Shown here: positions 54,046 to 62,043 of the stretch, one piece after another
Layout: every line of letters begins with the position of its first letter
Numbering within the stretch: the first letter of the stretch is position 1
IMG/VR virus record: IMGVR_UViG_3300032322_001602
Location: 1 to 62,043 of that record
Direction: 5' to 3' (one strand)
Length of the DNA: 62,043 nucleotides
Source: a virus
Taxonomy: Duplodnaviria > Caudoviricetes
Translations under genes and position numbers: made by a program
Notes under the pieces: model-generated
What the model was told of the DNA's origin: nothing
The model's database searches: none
Seen by the model: only the letters and a program-made list of their open reading frames with translations

Positions 54046-54320
54046 CGAAGCTCACGAGTAACCGCAGGTACCCGACAGCGCCGACGGTCAACGATGATCC
54101 GCGCTCGCATACGCTTGCCCTGCAGGCGGTGCTGGAGTCGCTGACCATCCACGAACGGCGGACAAAGGACATAGACGCCAGCTTCGTGCGGGTGGAGGAG
54201 CTGATCGATGTCGGCCTGATCACGATGAACGGTGTCACGATCAGTCTTGGAGATGCAGTGTCGGAGGCGAATGTGAACGCTAATTTCATGAAGCGTTCGC
54301 TCGTAATGTTCCTCACATGA
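54042..54320 (+). CDS. Small tail-associated protein
   Basis: ATGA coupling; FVRVEELIDVGL. Confidence 0.6.
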   Translation: MTKLTSNRRYPTAPTVNDDPRSHTLALQAVLESLTIHERRTKDIDASFVRVEELIDVGLITMNGVTISLGDAVSEANVNANFMKRSLVMFLT

Positions 54321-54640
54321 GCGATCTCTGGGGTCCACTGGGTCAGCAGCTTCCGGCAGCAACAACGCTGACGGACGCCTATACCGTGCCCAGCGGCAAG
54401 CATGCGACGATCAAGGTGATCATCTGCAACCGTGGAGCAGCGGCGGTGGTCAGGTTGGCGCATGCTGTCGGAGGCATTGCCGACGCCAGCAAGCAGTACC
54501 TGCTCTACGATTTTCCTGTCGATGTCGGCGAAACCAAGGTGACTGATCCGTTTATCACAGCTGCAGGAGATGTGATTCGGGTCTACTCGGATACCGGCAA
54601 CGTCGCGTTTCATGTCAATGGACTTGAGGAGTCAAACTAA
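54317..54640 (+). CDS. Small beta-rich virion protein
   Basis: YTVPSG..IICN..GDVIRVYS..FHVNGLE. Confidence 0.65.
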   Translation: MSDLWGPLGQQLPAATTLTDAYTVPSGKHATIKVIICNRGAAAVVRLAHAVGGIADASKQYLLYDFPVDVGETKVTDPFITAAGDVIRVYSDTGNVAFHVNGLEESN

Positions 54641-55062
54641 TGGCCTCGTACAACAAATTCAATCAGTTCGTGAAGGATCTGATTGACGGGGTTCATGACC
54701 TCGATGCCCACACCTTCAAGGTGATGCTGACCAACGTCGCGCCTGTGGCCACCAACTCGATCAGGGGCGACCTGACTGAGCTTGGTGCCGGCAATGGCTA
54801 CACCTCTGGTGGCACGGCGACCACAATGACGACAGGCGTCACCACCGGCACTTCGAAGGCTACTGGTACGGATGTCGTGTTCACTGCGTCGGGCGGCACC
54901 ATCGGCCCGTTCCGTTATGCGGTGCTGTACAACGACACGCCAACGAGTCCAGTAGACCCGCTCATTGCATGGTGGGACTATGGCTCCGCAGTCACCTTGA
55001 ACGACACCGAGACGTTCACGGTCGACTTCAGCGCGGCCAACGGAATCTTCACCGTCACCTGA
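54640..55062 (+). CDS. Virion structural protein (minor tail/decoration type)
   Basis: FKVMLTN, GNGYTSGG, DVVFTASGG.IGPFRYAVLYNDT, WWDYG. Confidence 0.7.
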   Translation: MASYNKFNQFVKDLIDGVHDLDAHTFKVMLTNVAPVATNSIRGDLTELGAGNGYTSGGTATTMTTGVTTGTSKATGTDVVFTASGGTIGPFRYAVLYNDTPTSPVDPLIAWWDYGSAVTLNDTETFTVDFSAANGIFTVT

Positions 55063-55082
55063 GTCGGGTGAGGAGACCCTAG

Positions 55083-57188
55083 ATGGCGACTGCCGAAAAG
55101 ACGGTGATCTACTCGTTCCTGTGCGACACCACAGCGAACGCGGACAACGTGCAGGTATCGAAGGGTACGATCACCGTCGCTTTGCCGGAATCCTCGAAGG
55201 CGTTCAAGTCCGTCTTCTTGGAGGTCGCCTATCAGGACCAGATCACTGCTACGGGTGGAACGCTGGCGAATGCGCATGCCCAGCTGCAGATCGATGCCAC
55301 GGCTATTGCGACCCGCAACGCCACAGCGACGTTGGCTAACTCAGGCGAGAACCTTGCCGGAATCTCGGGTATTTTTGATTTTACCACCACGTTCCAGTCG
55401 TTCTACTCCGGCACCTCGCACTCGATTCTTGTCAACACGCTGCACGACATCAGCACTGGCACGACACTGACGACGACCAACATCTGCGTCCTGCTCTACA
55501 TCACGTACACCTACGACGATACGAGTGCCACTCTAGCGCAGACGGCAATCATTCCGATCAACTCGCTGCTCTCTGGTGCGTCGACGCTGGCAGCAGCATC
55601 GGGGTCTGGATCACGCATAGGAAGCCTTTCGATACCGCAGCTCACCGGAACTGGTGGGCTGTTGGACGGCATGGCGAGCGTGACCATTGACGACTGGTTC
55701 GTCGTGATGGAGGGCTCCAACGGCAGCTCAGCAACTACCACCTATGTGGTCAACTTTGCTGTTGACGATGCGGCTGCGGCATTTACGACAGCCGCTATTA
55801 CTGCGGCGCTCAACGCTTCGCAGTGGAATCGGATCGTCTGGAAGAACACCTCTCCGCCAGCGTCCAATGCTGCGCATCAGCTCAACGTATGGGCCGGCAT
55901 CATTACACGGTTCCAGTCTTGCTCGTTCAAGCTGTATGTCACGTACCGCTGGACGCAGGCGGGCAGCACGCGGTTCCTTAACAGCGTGGTTTATCCGATG
56001 CACCTGCCACAGAATATGGCCACAGGCAATGCGTTGGAAAAAGGTACTGCTGGAACCATTGAGTTCCACATTCCTGAGCCCGGTACGCTTGAACTTGTGC
56101 AGTCAGGCATACAGATTCATGCTAGTTCGAATGCTCAGATGAACGTCAGTGTTGCGGTAGGGCAGCAGGGCATTCCGACTATGGAGCAGTACACTTGTGG
56201 AGGTGGAACCATTGAGTGCGGGCAGCACACTTTCACGCATCGCATCGATCCTAACAGTCCTCGCAAGGCCGCATTCGTCCCGAAGAAGGGCCGGCAGTTG
56301 TTGGAGGTCAACCTTAACATCCAGAACAATCTTGGAACGGTCAACGGAGCGCTGCTGTACCTCAACTACCGCAGTGACATCTCGTCGCTTGGCATTGGCG
56401 CGCATAGCGCCTCGCGGCATTACGCGATTCACGCTAACGGCCCGGGGACGGGTGTAGTCGATGGTATGAGCGGCAGCATGTTCTGGGATACGTCCAATCC
56501 GACAAACGCTGCTGTGATCAATGACCGTGGATCGCGCTTCAAGTTCTGGGAGCCGTCTCGCTGGTTCCTGTCCGGACTTGCCATTCTGGGGCGTTGTTGG
56601 CAGGTCGCAGCAGTTGGCGCTAATAACGCGCAGGCTGCGATTGTGCTGCAGAGCAAGCTGATCACTGGTGGAAACGCGCCGTACCGCGTAGGATCGTTCC
56701 AGCTCGGCTTGAAAGTGTTCATGTGGGACGGTGAGGCAGGGTATCTCGATCTGATTTGGGATGCCGGGCGCATCTGCCAGCAGACCGCTAACGATGTGTA
56801 CCAGTGGAATCAGTACGATTTCTATGGGGCTAATCAGTACGACGATCCAACTGTTCGTAAGTGGGATCCGTTTGAAAGCACGAATGGCCCCGGGTACGCT
56901 TGCCAGTTGACGCAGTTGGGGACCAATTCACTAACTAAAGGCGTCACTGCGATCATCACGACGCACTCGATCTACAACGCCGACACCATTGCAGTGACGG
57001 GCTACAGTGGAGATGGCTCGGGTATCGAGGTCAACATCTGGCGCACCGACAAGGTTGAGATCGTGCGGCGGGTCTACACAGTTGCTGGAGGCACGGCCAG
57101 CTTCGACAATCTCTGGCCGGGCGTGAAGCTCTTTGCTGAAGTGGTACAGGGATCTACTGCAGGACGTTCAGTCAACCGGACGTTGTGA
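55083..57188 (+). CDS. Large Thr/Ser-rich beta-sandwich virion protein
   Basis: 701 aa with apparent tandem ~150-aa modules; GAGGAG RBS. Confidence 0.65.
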   Translation: MATAEKTVIYSFLCDTTANADNVQVSKGTITVALPESSKAFKSVFLEVAYQDQITATGGTLANAHAQLQIDATAIATRNATATLANSGENLAGISGIFDFTTTFQSFYSGTSHSILVNTLHDISTGTTLTTTNICVLLYITYTYDDTSATLAQTAIIPINSLLSGASTLAAASGSGSRIGSLSIPQLTGTGGLLDGMASVTIDDWFVVMEGSNGSSATTTYVVNFAVDDAAAAFTTAAITAALNASQWNRIVWKNTSPPASNAAHQLNVWAGIITRFQSCSFKLYVTYRWTQAGSTRFLNSVVYPMHLPQNMATGNALEKGTAGTIEFHIPEPGTLELVQSGIQIHASSNAQMNVSVAVGQQGIPTMEQYTCGGGTIECGQHTFTHRIDPNSPRKAAFVPKKGRQLLEVNLNIQNNLGTVNGALLYLNYRSDISSLGIGAHSASRHYAIHANGPGTGVVDGMSGSMFWDTSNPTNAAVINDRGSRFKFWEPSRWFLSGLAILGRCWQVAAVGANNAQAAIVLQSKLITGGNAPYRVGSFQLGLKVFMWDGEAGYLDLIWDAGRICQQTANDVYQWNQYDFYGANQYDDPTVRKWDPFESTNGPGYACQLTQLGTNSLTKGVTAIITTHSIYNADTIAVTGYSGDGSGIEVNIWRTDKVEIVRRVYTVAGGTASFDNLWPGVKLFAEVVQGSTAGRSVNRTL

Positions 57189-57191
57189 TCC

Positions 57192-58136
57192 ATGGCTGAT
57201 TTCGACATCCCACTTCGGACTCCCACTGGGGGGTCCAATTTCGTCATCTCGCTCAGCTCGGGATCTCCCTACACGCTTACTGCTGATGCGGGTGCTTATG
57301 CGCTCACAGGAGTCGCTGCGCTCGCCAAGCGCACCATGGCGGCGATCGCAGGTTCGTATCAGGTCACTGGAGTTGCAGCGGGGCTGCAAATTGGCCGCAA
57401 GGTCACTGCCAACGTCGGTACCTACAATGTCACGGGTGTCGCTGCAGGCGCGAAGCGCTCAATGGCCGCGCTTGCGGGGGCCTACAGTGTTACCGGACAG
57501 GTTGCACTGGCGAAACGCTCAATGGCTGCGCTCACGGGGGCCTATGTGGTCAGTGGGCAGGTGGCGATCCTTGCGTACGGGCGCAAGGTTGCTGCTGATG
57601 CCGGGGCCTACAATGTCACGGGTGTTGCTGCACTGGCGAAACGCTCAATGGCTGCGCTCACGGGGGCCTACAATATCAGTGGGCAGGACGCGGGCTTTAT
57701 CTACTCTCGTAAGCTCCCCTGTGCGACAGGGGTGTACCTGCTGAGCGGGCAGGATGCGACTCTGGTCTACACGCCTGCAAGCGGCCCCAAGATATTGGAG
57801 GCGGCTACTGGAACCTACTCACTGACTGGAGTTGATGCAGCTCTTCGAATTGCTCGCATGGTGGCTGCGGAAGTGGGCAGCTACGCCAAGACTGGGGTCG
57901 CTGCGGGTCTGCGGATTGGGCGGCGGATCGTCTGTGATGCTGGGGCATATGTACTCTCTGGGCAGGACGCTGCACTGATTAGGGGGCCTCGTACGCTCGT
58001 TTGCGCGACAGGGACCTACCTGCTGAGTGGGAAAGCCGCCTTCCTCTACAAGATTCCCCCCGAGATCATTACAGGCGACGGCGTGAACGCCCGTCACATC
58101 TTCATGCACGATTTCGCCCGGAATTCAACCGCATGA
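57192..58136 (+). CDS. Repetitive fibre-like virion protein
   Basis: About a dozen 20-23-aa units of the form A..G.Y..(T/S)G..A. Confidence 0.7.
   Translation: MADFDIPLRTPTGGSNFVISLSSGSPYTLTADAGAYALTGVAALAKRTMAAIAGSYQVTGVAAGLQIGRKVTANVGTYNVTGVAAGAKRSMAALAGAYSVTGQVALAKRSMAALTGAYVVSGQVAILAYGRKVAADAGAYNVTGVAALAKRSMAALTGAYNISGQDAGFIYSRKLPCATGVYLLSGQDATLVYTPASGPKILEAATGTYSLTGVDAALRIARMVAAEVGSYAKTGVAAGLRIGRRIVCDAGAYVLSGQDAALIRGPRTLVCATGTYLLSGKAAFLYKIPPEIITGDGVNARHIFMHDFARNSTA
57503..57670 (+). repeat. 42-bp exact direct repeat
   Basis: tgcactggcgaaacgctcaatggctgcgctcacgggggccta at 57503-57544 and 57629-57670. Confidence 0.9.
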
Positions 58137-58184
58137 TTGCTACTCGTTCAGGGAACTGTCAGACTGTACAGAGGAGGGAGAAAC

Positions 58185-58601
58185 ATGCCCACGTTTAGCA
58201 ACCTCTCTGCACAGCGTTTGGCAACATGCGACCCTCGGCTTCAGCTCCTTGTGAACGAGGCTATCAAGTACGTCGACTTCACTGTTCTCTGCGGGCACCG
58301 TACTGAGGAGGAGCAGAACGAAGCCTTCATGAAGGGGGCTTCGAAGAAGCGGTGGCCGGATTCCAAGCACAACAAGTTTCCTTCCGTTGCTGTGGATCTC
58401 GCTCCGTGGTTCCCCGACGTGAAGATCGACTGGAAGGACATCGCAGCCTTCGCACGACTCGCTGGCTACATCCAGCGCATCGCTGACGAGAAGGGCATCA
58501 AGATTCGTTGGGGAGGCGATTGGGACGGAGACTGGCGCACTGCTGGTAACGATCCGGACGAGCGCTTCCTCGACGCCCCGCACATCGAACTGGTGGAGTG
58601 A
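58185..58601 (+). CDS. Endolysin, M15-family L-alanyl-D-glutamate peptidase
   Basis: GHRTEEEQ, SKH..AVD, IRWGGDW, DAPHIEL; GGAGG RBS. Confidence 0.9.
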   Translation: MPTFSNLSAQRLATCDPRLQLLVNEAIKYVDFTVLCGHRTEEEQNEAFMKGASKKRWPDSKHNKFPSVAVDLAPWFPDVKIDWKDIAAFARLAGYIQRIADEKGIKIRWGGDWDGDWRTAGNDPDERFLDAPHIELVE

Positions 58602-59023
58602 CAATCATGCTGCCCCTCATTGGTACGCTGTTGGAAGCTGGGCTCAAGATCATCGACAAGGTGATCCCCGATCCGCAGGCGAAAGCCGCTGCCCAGCTGG
58701 AGATGATGAAGCTGAATCAGGCCGGCGAGTTCAAGCAGCTGGAGTCCGATCTCCAGATTGCACTAGCGCAGGCCAACATCAATGCAGAAGAAGCCAAGTC
58801 GCCCGACTTCTTCAAGAGCGGATGGCGTCCCGGTGCTGGATGGGTTTGTGTTCTTGGGCTGTTCTACACATTCCTTGCGCAGCCTCTTCTGGCATGGGCT
58901 TCCACTGTGTGGGGATGGCCTACTCCCCCAATCCTCGATACCAACGTACTCATGACTCTTCTCACCGGCATGCTTGGCCTTGGTGCCTATCGCACTGTCG
59001 AAAAGGTTAAGGATAAAGCCTGA
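58598..59023 (+). CDS. Holin (3TM/GTA-type)
   Basis: IDKVIPDP, SGWRPGAGW, GMLGLGAYRTVEK. Confidence 0.85.
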   Translation: MTIMLPLIGTLLEAGLKIIDKVIPDPQAKAAAQLEMMKLNQAGEFKQLESDLQIALAQANINAEEAKSPDFFKSGWRPGAGWVCVLGLFYTFLAQPLLAWASTVWGWPTPPILDTNVLMTLLTGMLGLGAYRTVEKVKDKA

Positions 59024-59331
59024 TGCCATGGCATGAACGTCTTGCAGACTGGGGTTGGGGTATTGTCCTGCTGATCATGGGTGGCGTAGGTACGATCATG
59101 ACGAGGTGGGTATCCATGATCCATAAACACGAGCAGCACATCGCCCTGCTTCAGCAGGAGATGGCGTCGCGACAGTCCGCCAATGGCGACGTACTGCGGA
59201 TGGTGGCTGACGTGGGCCACCGTCTTGACTTGCATCGACAGGAGTCAGTGGAGCGTATGGATGCGCTGCGGCGAGATATGAAGGAGGACATCAAGACGCT
59301 CATTGAGCTGGCGACGAAGACGAAGCCGTGA
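59023..59331 (+). CDS. Membrane-anchored coiled-coil protein (lysis accessory?)
   Basis: N-terminal TM helix followed by coiled-coil; TGATG coupling. Confidence 0.6.
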   Translation: MPWHERLADWGWGIVLLIMGGVGTIMTRWVSMIHKHEQHIALLQQEMASRQSANGDVLRMVADVGHRLDLHRQESVERMDALRRDMKEDIKTLIELATKTKP

Positions 59332-59332
59332 T

Positions 59333-59776
59333 ATGAGTTTCCTGACCGACGCGCCTCGGATGGTTCTGTGGAACTTCCTGAAGGAGCGTGTCGGAGTTGC
59401 TTGGAGTGGGGATTTCGTATCGCTCGGGCGTGTAGTGGATGGTGTGCTTGTCGGTGTGGTGGGCTACAACAACTTCACTGGCACTTCCTGTCACATGCAC
59501 ATGGCCGGCGACGGTGGGCGATGGGTAGACCGGGCCTTTCTCTACGAGGCGTTCCGATACCCGTTTGAGACTCTCAACTTGGCGATGGTGTTCGGTGTGG
59601 TCCCCAGTGGAAATACCCGGGCACTAAAAATGGATCTCAAGCTTGGTTTTCGTGAACTGATATACATCCCCGGCGCGCACCCTGATGGAGGCATTCACCT
59701 CCTGCAGATGCACAGGGCAGAGTGCCGGTGGTTGAGGAAGAGCCATGGGAAAGAAGTCCACTCCGTCGCCGCCTGA
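59333..59776 (+). CDS. GNAT-fold virion assembly protein
   Basis: AFRYPF..L..VFGVV..N.RA..KLGF..ECRWL; precedes the ejection proteins as in other podoviruses. Confidence 0.75.
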   Translation: MSFLTDAPRMVLWNFLKERVGVAWSGDFVSLGRVVDGVLVGVVGYNNFTGTSCHMHMAGDGGRWVDRAFLYEAFRYPFETLNLAMVFGVVPSGNTRALKMDLKLGFRELIYIPGAHPDGGIHLLQMHRAECRWLRKSHGKEVHSVAA

Positions 59777-60788
59777 TCTGGGTCCGTACGTCAGGGCTAT
59801 GGATCGACAGGGGAGGGCGGCAGAAGCCGCTTCAGCTGCACAGCTCGCATGGGCGAGAGAGCAGGCGCAACAGAACCAGCAGACGCTCGACCGCGTGCTG
59901 GGTACGCAGCTTCCGATCATGGAAGAGCAGGCGCAGAATGCCCGCACCGACCGCGCTCGCTACGAGCAGGTCTACCAGCCGATCGAGAATCAGCTCATCT
60001 CGGACTTCCAGACGTACGGTACGCCTGAGCGGATGCAGCAGGAACGGGGTCGGGCAGGAGCTGATGTTGCTGGAGCATTTGACGCGCAGCGGCGCAACGC
60101 GCTGCAGCGGCTGGAAGGCTTCGGCATCGATCCTTCTCAGACCCGTAACGCTGCGCTCGACATCGGCATGCGTACCACACAGGCAGCTGCCTCTGCAGGT
60201 GCCCAGACCAATGCGACCCGCATCGCCGAAGACAAGGCGCGTGCGATGCGTGCGGACGCGATCAACATCGGGCGTGGCATGCCATCGCAGGTTGCGCAGT
60301 CGTATGGGCAGGCTGCCGCCGCTGGATCTCAGGGCGTTGGCGGTGCGAACTCGACGCTCGGTGCTTCGTCCGGAGCGATGGGCAATCCAACTTCGTGGGC
60401 TGGCCTTGGTCAGTCGGGCGCACAAGGTGCTGCCAACATCACGAACTCAGGTTTCCAGAACCAGATGAGCGTGGCCAATCTGCAGCAGCAGCAGAACGCA
60501 GCACTCATGAGCGGCCTCGGCAGCGCTGCGGGTATGGCTATGATGATGGCCGATGGTGGCTCGACAGCTATTCCACCGGGGCCGGTCGATCAGGGTCCGA
60601 CCGATGGCTCGGGCATCGACGATCAGGTTCACGCCAAGTTGTCGGTCGGTGAGTACGTGATCCCGGCTGACGTCGTGCAGAAGAAGGGTGTTGAGTTCTT
60701 TGACAAGCTGCTGGAGAAGTACCATACCCCGGCGGCAGAACAGCAGCAGCAGCCGTCGTGGCGGCATGCGGTAAGGGGTGGGACATGA
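59745..60788 (+). CDS. DNA ejection/internal virion protein
   Basis: MGKKSTPSPPD N-terminus, Ala/Gln/Gly-rich, MADGG then DDQVHAKLSVGEYVIPADVV. Confidence 0.75.
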   Translation: MGKKSTPSPPDLGPYVRAMDRQGRAAEAASAAQLAWAREQAQQNQQTLDRVLGTQLPIMEEQAQNARTDRARYEQVYQPIENQLISDFQTYGTPERMQQERGRAGADVAGAFDAQRRNALQRLEGFGIDPSQTRNAALDIGMRTTQAAASAGAQTNATRIAEDKARAMRADAINIGRGMPSQVAQSYGQAAAAGSQGVGGANSTLGASSGAMGNPTSWAGLGQSGAQGAANITNSGFQNQMSVANLQQQQNAALMSGLGSAAGMAMMMADGGSTAIPPGPVDQGPTDGSGIDDQVHAKLSVGEYVIPADVVQKKGVEFFDKLLEKYHTPAAEQQQQPSWRHAVRGGT

Positions 60789-62043
60789 GCATGGGCGGTT
60801 CAGGATTCGGCTCCTTCATGGAGGGCTTGGCGGGTGGCATGGGCACCATGCAGGACATCCGCAGCAAGCGCCAGAAGCAGAAGCTGTACGACTATGCGAT
60901 CGGTGATGCCGAGAATGCGTGGGCCGCGCAGAATCGTAGCCGTGAACTGGCTGGCGGGCTGCCTTCACGCAAGCACCCACTGGATGCGGACCCGTATCTG
61001 TTTCGCGCCATAAACAGGCTCGGCGGTCGCGATACGGGCGGTCTGACCGCCGATGAATTCGTAGTGCCAGAAACGGCGGTCCCGGTATCGCCCGACGTCC
61101 AGCAGATCCCGTTCGATCAGAACGCTCCTGCGCTGGGCATGGAAGAGATTCCGCAGTTCGCTGAGGGCGGCTTTGTCGACGAACTCGGCAACTGGATCGA
61201 TGATGCGCCGGAGAAGGTCCGCGACAAGGACATCAAGGACGCTGCTGCTCGCAATCGTGCGAACAAGCCCGGCGGCGAGCCGACTGCGCGTACCCAGTCT
61301 GTCGAGGGTGATCCCAGCAAATACAAGTCCGTGCGGAAGGGGCAGGTCGGCAACGCGGCTGCGGAGACTGCTGCGCCATCGCGTGCTGCTTCCGCTGTTC
61401 GTAGCGCCCTTCCTTCTATGAACGCTCCCAAAGGTGCAGGCTGGGCGCGTCGTGCGATCAATTCGCAGGCGGGCAAAGCGGGTGCATTGGGCGCGCTCGT
61501 CGGCACTGGCATTACTGCAGCGGGTACGCCGACAGAGCAATACCGCCAGCGGTTCCATCTGGAGACGGACGACCCGTCGTTCCTCGGAGATGTTGGTGTG
61601 CGCGCACTGGGTGCTGCATCCGATCTCGGCAATGCGCTGACCTTCGGCGCAGCTGGCAGGATGGCATACCGTGATGCGGACGCTTCTGCACCCGGTGCCA
61701 TCCCCACACCTGCAGCAGCGCCAGCACCCGCACAAGCCCCCGCTGCGCTGCCAGCAGAGGCTGGCCCGGCTCCTGCGCCCGGTCGTCGCCGTGCCGTGCC
61801 TGCTGCTCCTGTGCCGGACGATCCCGCAACGCAGATCGACTTCACTGGGCTGAAGGCTGAGGATATTCCCCCGTTCCCGACCAAGGATTGGGAGAAGCAC
61901 CGTGAAGACCGTGTCAGGGAGCTGGTGGATCACGGCATGACCTATGCCGAAGCGTGGGACAAGGTCGATCAGGCGACGATCGCCACACAGCAGCGCGGCT
62001 TCCTCAGCTTCGCCAAGCAGGCGGATGCGTTCCTCAAGATCGG
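60785..62043 (+). CDS. Internal virion/ejection protein (3' partial), not in the ORF track
   Basis: ATGA coupling; MSMGGSGFGSFMEGLAGG... open to the window end; FAEGG motif. Confidence 0.75.
   Translation, partial: MSMGGSGFGSFMEGLAGGMGTMQDIRSKRQKQKLYDYAIGDAENAWAAQNRSRELAGGLPSRKHPLDADPYLFRAINRLGGRDTGGLTADEFVVPETAVPVSPDVQQIPFDQNAPALGMEEIPQFAEGGFVDELGNWIDDAPEKVRDKDIKDAAARNRANKPGGEPTARTQSVEGDPSKYKSVRKGQVGNAAAETAAPSRAASAVRSALPSMNAPKGAGWARRAINSQAGKAGALGALVGTGITAAGTPTEQYRQRFHLETDDPSFLGDVGVRALGAASDLGNALTFGAAGRMAYRDADASAPGAIPTPAAAPAPAQAPAALPAEAGPAPAPGRRRAVPAAPVPDDPATQIDFTGLKAEDIPPFPTKDWEKHREDRVRELVDHGMTYAEAWDKVDQATIATQQRGFLSFAKQADAFLKI

Noticed and set aside
50283-58136. Diversity-generating retroelement or invertible tail-fibre cassette
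   Set aside because: No reverse transcriptase, template/variable repeat pair or invertase seen.
1-62043. Window ends joining directly into a closed circle
   Set aside because: No terminal repeat seen. A direct join would end the last ORF at nt 16 (IGARWT*), whereas frame 3 ending at 47 looks like the real upstream gene end, so some sequence is probably missing.

Overview
The whole window is a GC-rich tailed dsDNA phage with a podovirus-type virion module, apparently close to a complete genome and cut inside the ejection-protein genes. No host genes, integrase, cI-type repressor, tRNA or CRISPR array were recognised. Layout: (i) 53-9699 (+) a 3130-aa polyvalent virion protein (lytic transglycosylase, HExxH zincin, PLxRFG) and a small HNH; (ii) 9629-33062 (-) early and replication genes (primase-helicase, SSB-like protein, SNF2 helicase, VRR-NUC, exonuclease, PolA, HicA-like protein, dNMP kinase, AAA ATPase/VWA module, many small ORFs); (iii) 33313-41684 (+) small genes, an RHH regulator, an exported Fn3-like protein and eight glycosyltransferase/methyltransferase genes; (iv) terS/terL on the minus strand, divergent from (v) 43687-end (+) portal, scaffold, capsid, tail, lysis and ejection genes. 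Three signals stand out: a 15-bp palindrome TTAACAG(G/C)CTGTTAA found nine times and seen only in the early arm (21191-33144), twice inside coding sequence; a ~305-bp nested dyad-symmetric AT-rich element centred at 32051 (candidate origin); and a phage-encoded glycan synthesis and methylation operon with no visible DNA-modification precursor enzymes, suggesting methylated virion or protein glycans. All functional calls come from motif recognition by eye; no database search was run.
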